Shown: positions 62,445 to 64,000 of the stretch, one piece after another
Layout of the letters: each line of letters begins with the position of its first letter
How positions within the stretch are numbered: position 1 is the stretch's first letter
DNA from: Actinomycetes bacterium
Lineage (GTDB): Bacteria; Actinomycetota; Acidimicrobiia; Acidimicrobiales; GCA-2861595
DNA length: 64,000 nucleotides
Reading direction: 5' to 3'
NCBI GenBank assembly: GCA_023264975.1
Contig: JAHFUS010000007.1
Location: forward strand, 11,948 to 75,947
Program-made: the position numbers and the translations under genes
The notes under the pieces: model-generated
Told to the model about the DNA's origin: nothing
Database searches by the model: none
What the model saw: only the letters and a program-made list of their open reading frames with translations

Positions 62445-64000
62445 TCAGGTCAGGTGGGTGTCCGTCCGGTGCCCGGCAAGCTCGGGGAAGTTGAGGGGTT
62501 GGCGCAGGAGGGCGGCGACGTTCACCGCGGGCTGCGGGCGGGCCAGCAGGTAGCCCTGCACGAGTGGGCAGCCCAGCTCGTTCAGGATGCCCAGCTGGTG
62601 GACGTCCTCTACGCCCTCTGCCACCGCGCTGATGCCGATGGCGTTGGCCAGTCGGATCACCGACCGCACGATCTCGGTGTCGACCTTGTCATCGCCGAGG
62701 TCGGCCACGAACGAGCGGTCGATCTTTACGTAGTCGACCGGGAAGTGCTTGAGGTAGCTGAGCGAGGAGTGGCCGGTGCCGAAGTCGTCGATGCTCAGCC
62801 GGGTGCCCAGTGACTTGAGCCGGTTGAGCATCACGGTGGTGACCGCAATGTCGGCCATGAGGGCGGTCTCGGTGACCTCGAGGCACAGCCGGCCGGGCTC
62901 GAGCCCGGTGGCCGCCAGCACGCCGGCGACCTGGTCGCACAGTCCTTCCTGGCGGAACTGCAGCGGCGACAGGTTCACGGACACCACGAGTTCGTGCAGA
63001 TCCGGATTGGCCAGCGTCCACTCCTGCACCTGGCGGCACGCTTCCTCGAGCACCCACGTGCCGAGGGCCACGATCAGGCCCGTCTCCTCGGCCAGCGGGA
63101 TGAACTCGTCCGGCGGGATCAGGCCCCGCGCAGGGTGGTGCCAGCGGACCAGCGCCTCGAGCCCTGCGATCGAACGCGTCTTGATCGAAACGACCGGCTG
63201 GTAGTGGACCTCGAGCTCGCCCCGCTCGATGGCGAGGCGGAGCGCGATCTCGCGGTCCAGGCGCTGCACCTCGCCGGTCCCGGCACCCGGGCGGAAGACT
63301 TCGAAGCGACCCTTTCCTTTCGCCTTGGCGCGGTACCTGGCCACGTCGGCGTTCCGAAGGCAGTCCTCGGGGCTGGCATCGCGGGCGCTGCCGACCACCA
63401 CACCGACGCTGGCCGTCATCGGCACGTCACGCCCTTGGACGCGGAACGGGGGGAGGAGGGCGTCGAGGAGGCCCTGGGCCTCGACGACGGCCTCCTCCTC
63501 GTGTTCCAACTCCTCGAGAAGCATCACGAACTCGTCGCCTCCGAAGCGGGCCAGGGTGTTGCCCGGTCGGGTCTGTGCCTTCAGCCGCTCGGCTACCGCC
63601 ACGAGCAGCTCGTCGCCGGCGTGGTGGCCAAGGCTGTCGTTCACGACCTTGAACCGATCGAGGTCGATGAACAGCACTGCGTAGCGGGCCTTGTTCCGCG
63701 CAGTCCGCACGTGCGCCTGCACCAGGCGGTCGGCGAACAGGGCCCGGTTCGACAGGCCGGTCAGGCCGTCGTGGAACATCCGGTGCCTCAGCTCCTCCTC
63801 GAACGCCTTGCGCTCGGTGATGTCGCGGAATGCCATCACCATGCCGAGGGCACCGTCGTCGCCGAGCACGGGCGAAGTGGTGACGGCAACCGGGAGGTGG
63901 GTCCCGTCGGCGCCGGTGAAGACGTCGTCGTCACGGGCGGTGCCGCCGGCGGCCAGCACCGCCCCCAGGCGGCACTCGTGGGCCTGGCCGTGGCGGCCGG
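62445..64000 (-). CDS. PAS-GGDEF-EAL signalling protein; 5' end probably outside the window
   Basis: RFGGDEFVML (GGDEF), EALVRW and DDFGTGHSSL (EAL). An upstream PAS-like segment stays in an open frame to the window end. Confidence 0.8.
   Translation of the reverse strand, partial: GRHGQAHECRLGAVLAAGGTARDDDVFTGADGTHLPVAVTTSPVLGDDGALGMVMAFRDITERKAFEEELRHRMFHDGLTGLSNRALFADRLVQAHVRTARNKARYAVLFIDLDRFKVVNDSLGHHAGDELLVAVAERLKAQTRPGNTLARFGGDEFVMLLEELEHEEEAVVEAQGLLDALLPPFRVQGRDVPMTASVGVVVGSARDASPEDCLRNADVARYRAKAKGKGRFEVFRPGAGTGEVQRLDREIALRLAIERGELEVHYQPVVSIKTRSIAGLEALVRWHHPARGLIPPDEFIPLAEETGLIVALGTWVLEEACRQVQEWTLANPDLHELVVSVNLSPLQFRQEGLCDQVAGVLAATGLEPGRLCLEVTETALMADIAVTTVMLNRLKSLGTRLSIDDFGTGHSSLSYLKHFPVDYVKIDRSFVADLGDDKVDTEIVRSVIRLANAIGISAVAEGVEDVHQLGILNELGCPLVQGYLLARPQPAVNVAALLRQPLNFPELAGHRTDTHLT

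Overview
High-GC (roughly 70%) chromosome segment that looks like Actinomycetota. All domain calls were made by eye from the translated ORFs. No searches were run, and most start codons are chosen by eye and are approximate.

Layout:
(1) 1-7.7 kb: a tad/Flp pilus operon (tadZ-like, cpaF/tadA, tadB, tadC, flp-like pilin, three TadE/TadG-like pseudopilins), followed by three translationally coupled secreted or membrane proteins.
(2) 7.7-12.9 kb: a visibly lower-GC islet with two convergent defence-type genes. One is a fused ABC-ATPase/TOPRIM OLD-family nuclease with a long unassigned C-terminal extension. The other is an AIPR (abortive-infection) family protein. They are followed by 585 bp of non-coding DNA that contains a degenerate tRNA-Ala-like remnant.
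(3) About 12.96-46.19 kb: a T4SS-type integrative conjugative element (ICE) lying against the 3' end of tRNA-Ala(CGC). Core functions are a tyrosine integrase, two Xis-like HTH genes, a VirD4-like coupling protein, a MobF TraA relaxase/helicase, a split VirB4, VirB6-like and VirB2-like proteins, a cell-wall hydrolase, two SSBs, a ParA-like protein and a PrimPol. Cargo is VapBC, a type I R-M system whose HsdR carries a C-terminal AlbA_2/Schlafen-like domain, a translationally coupled GIY-YIG/DUF4357 gene, an HTH plus unknown gene pair, and a NERD nuclease coupled to the PrimPol operon.
(4) 46.3-64 kb: housekeeping genes: translin-like, GlpR/SepX-like, moaC, moaA, moeA, galU, fmdB-like, MTAP, SAF/CpaB-like, DEDD-GIY-YIG exonuclease, fpg/nei, typA, tRNA-Arg(CCG), a response regulator, argS, lysA and a partial GGDEF-EAL gene.

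Best candidates for something undescribed:
- the OLD + AIPR islet;
- the HsdR-Schlafen fusion with the coupled GIY-YIG/DUF4357 gene;
- the SprT-like protease directly downstream of the relaxase;
- the PrimPol-to-NERD coupled chain;
- a 20-bp palindromic motif that occurs three times inside the ICE.
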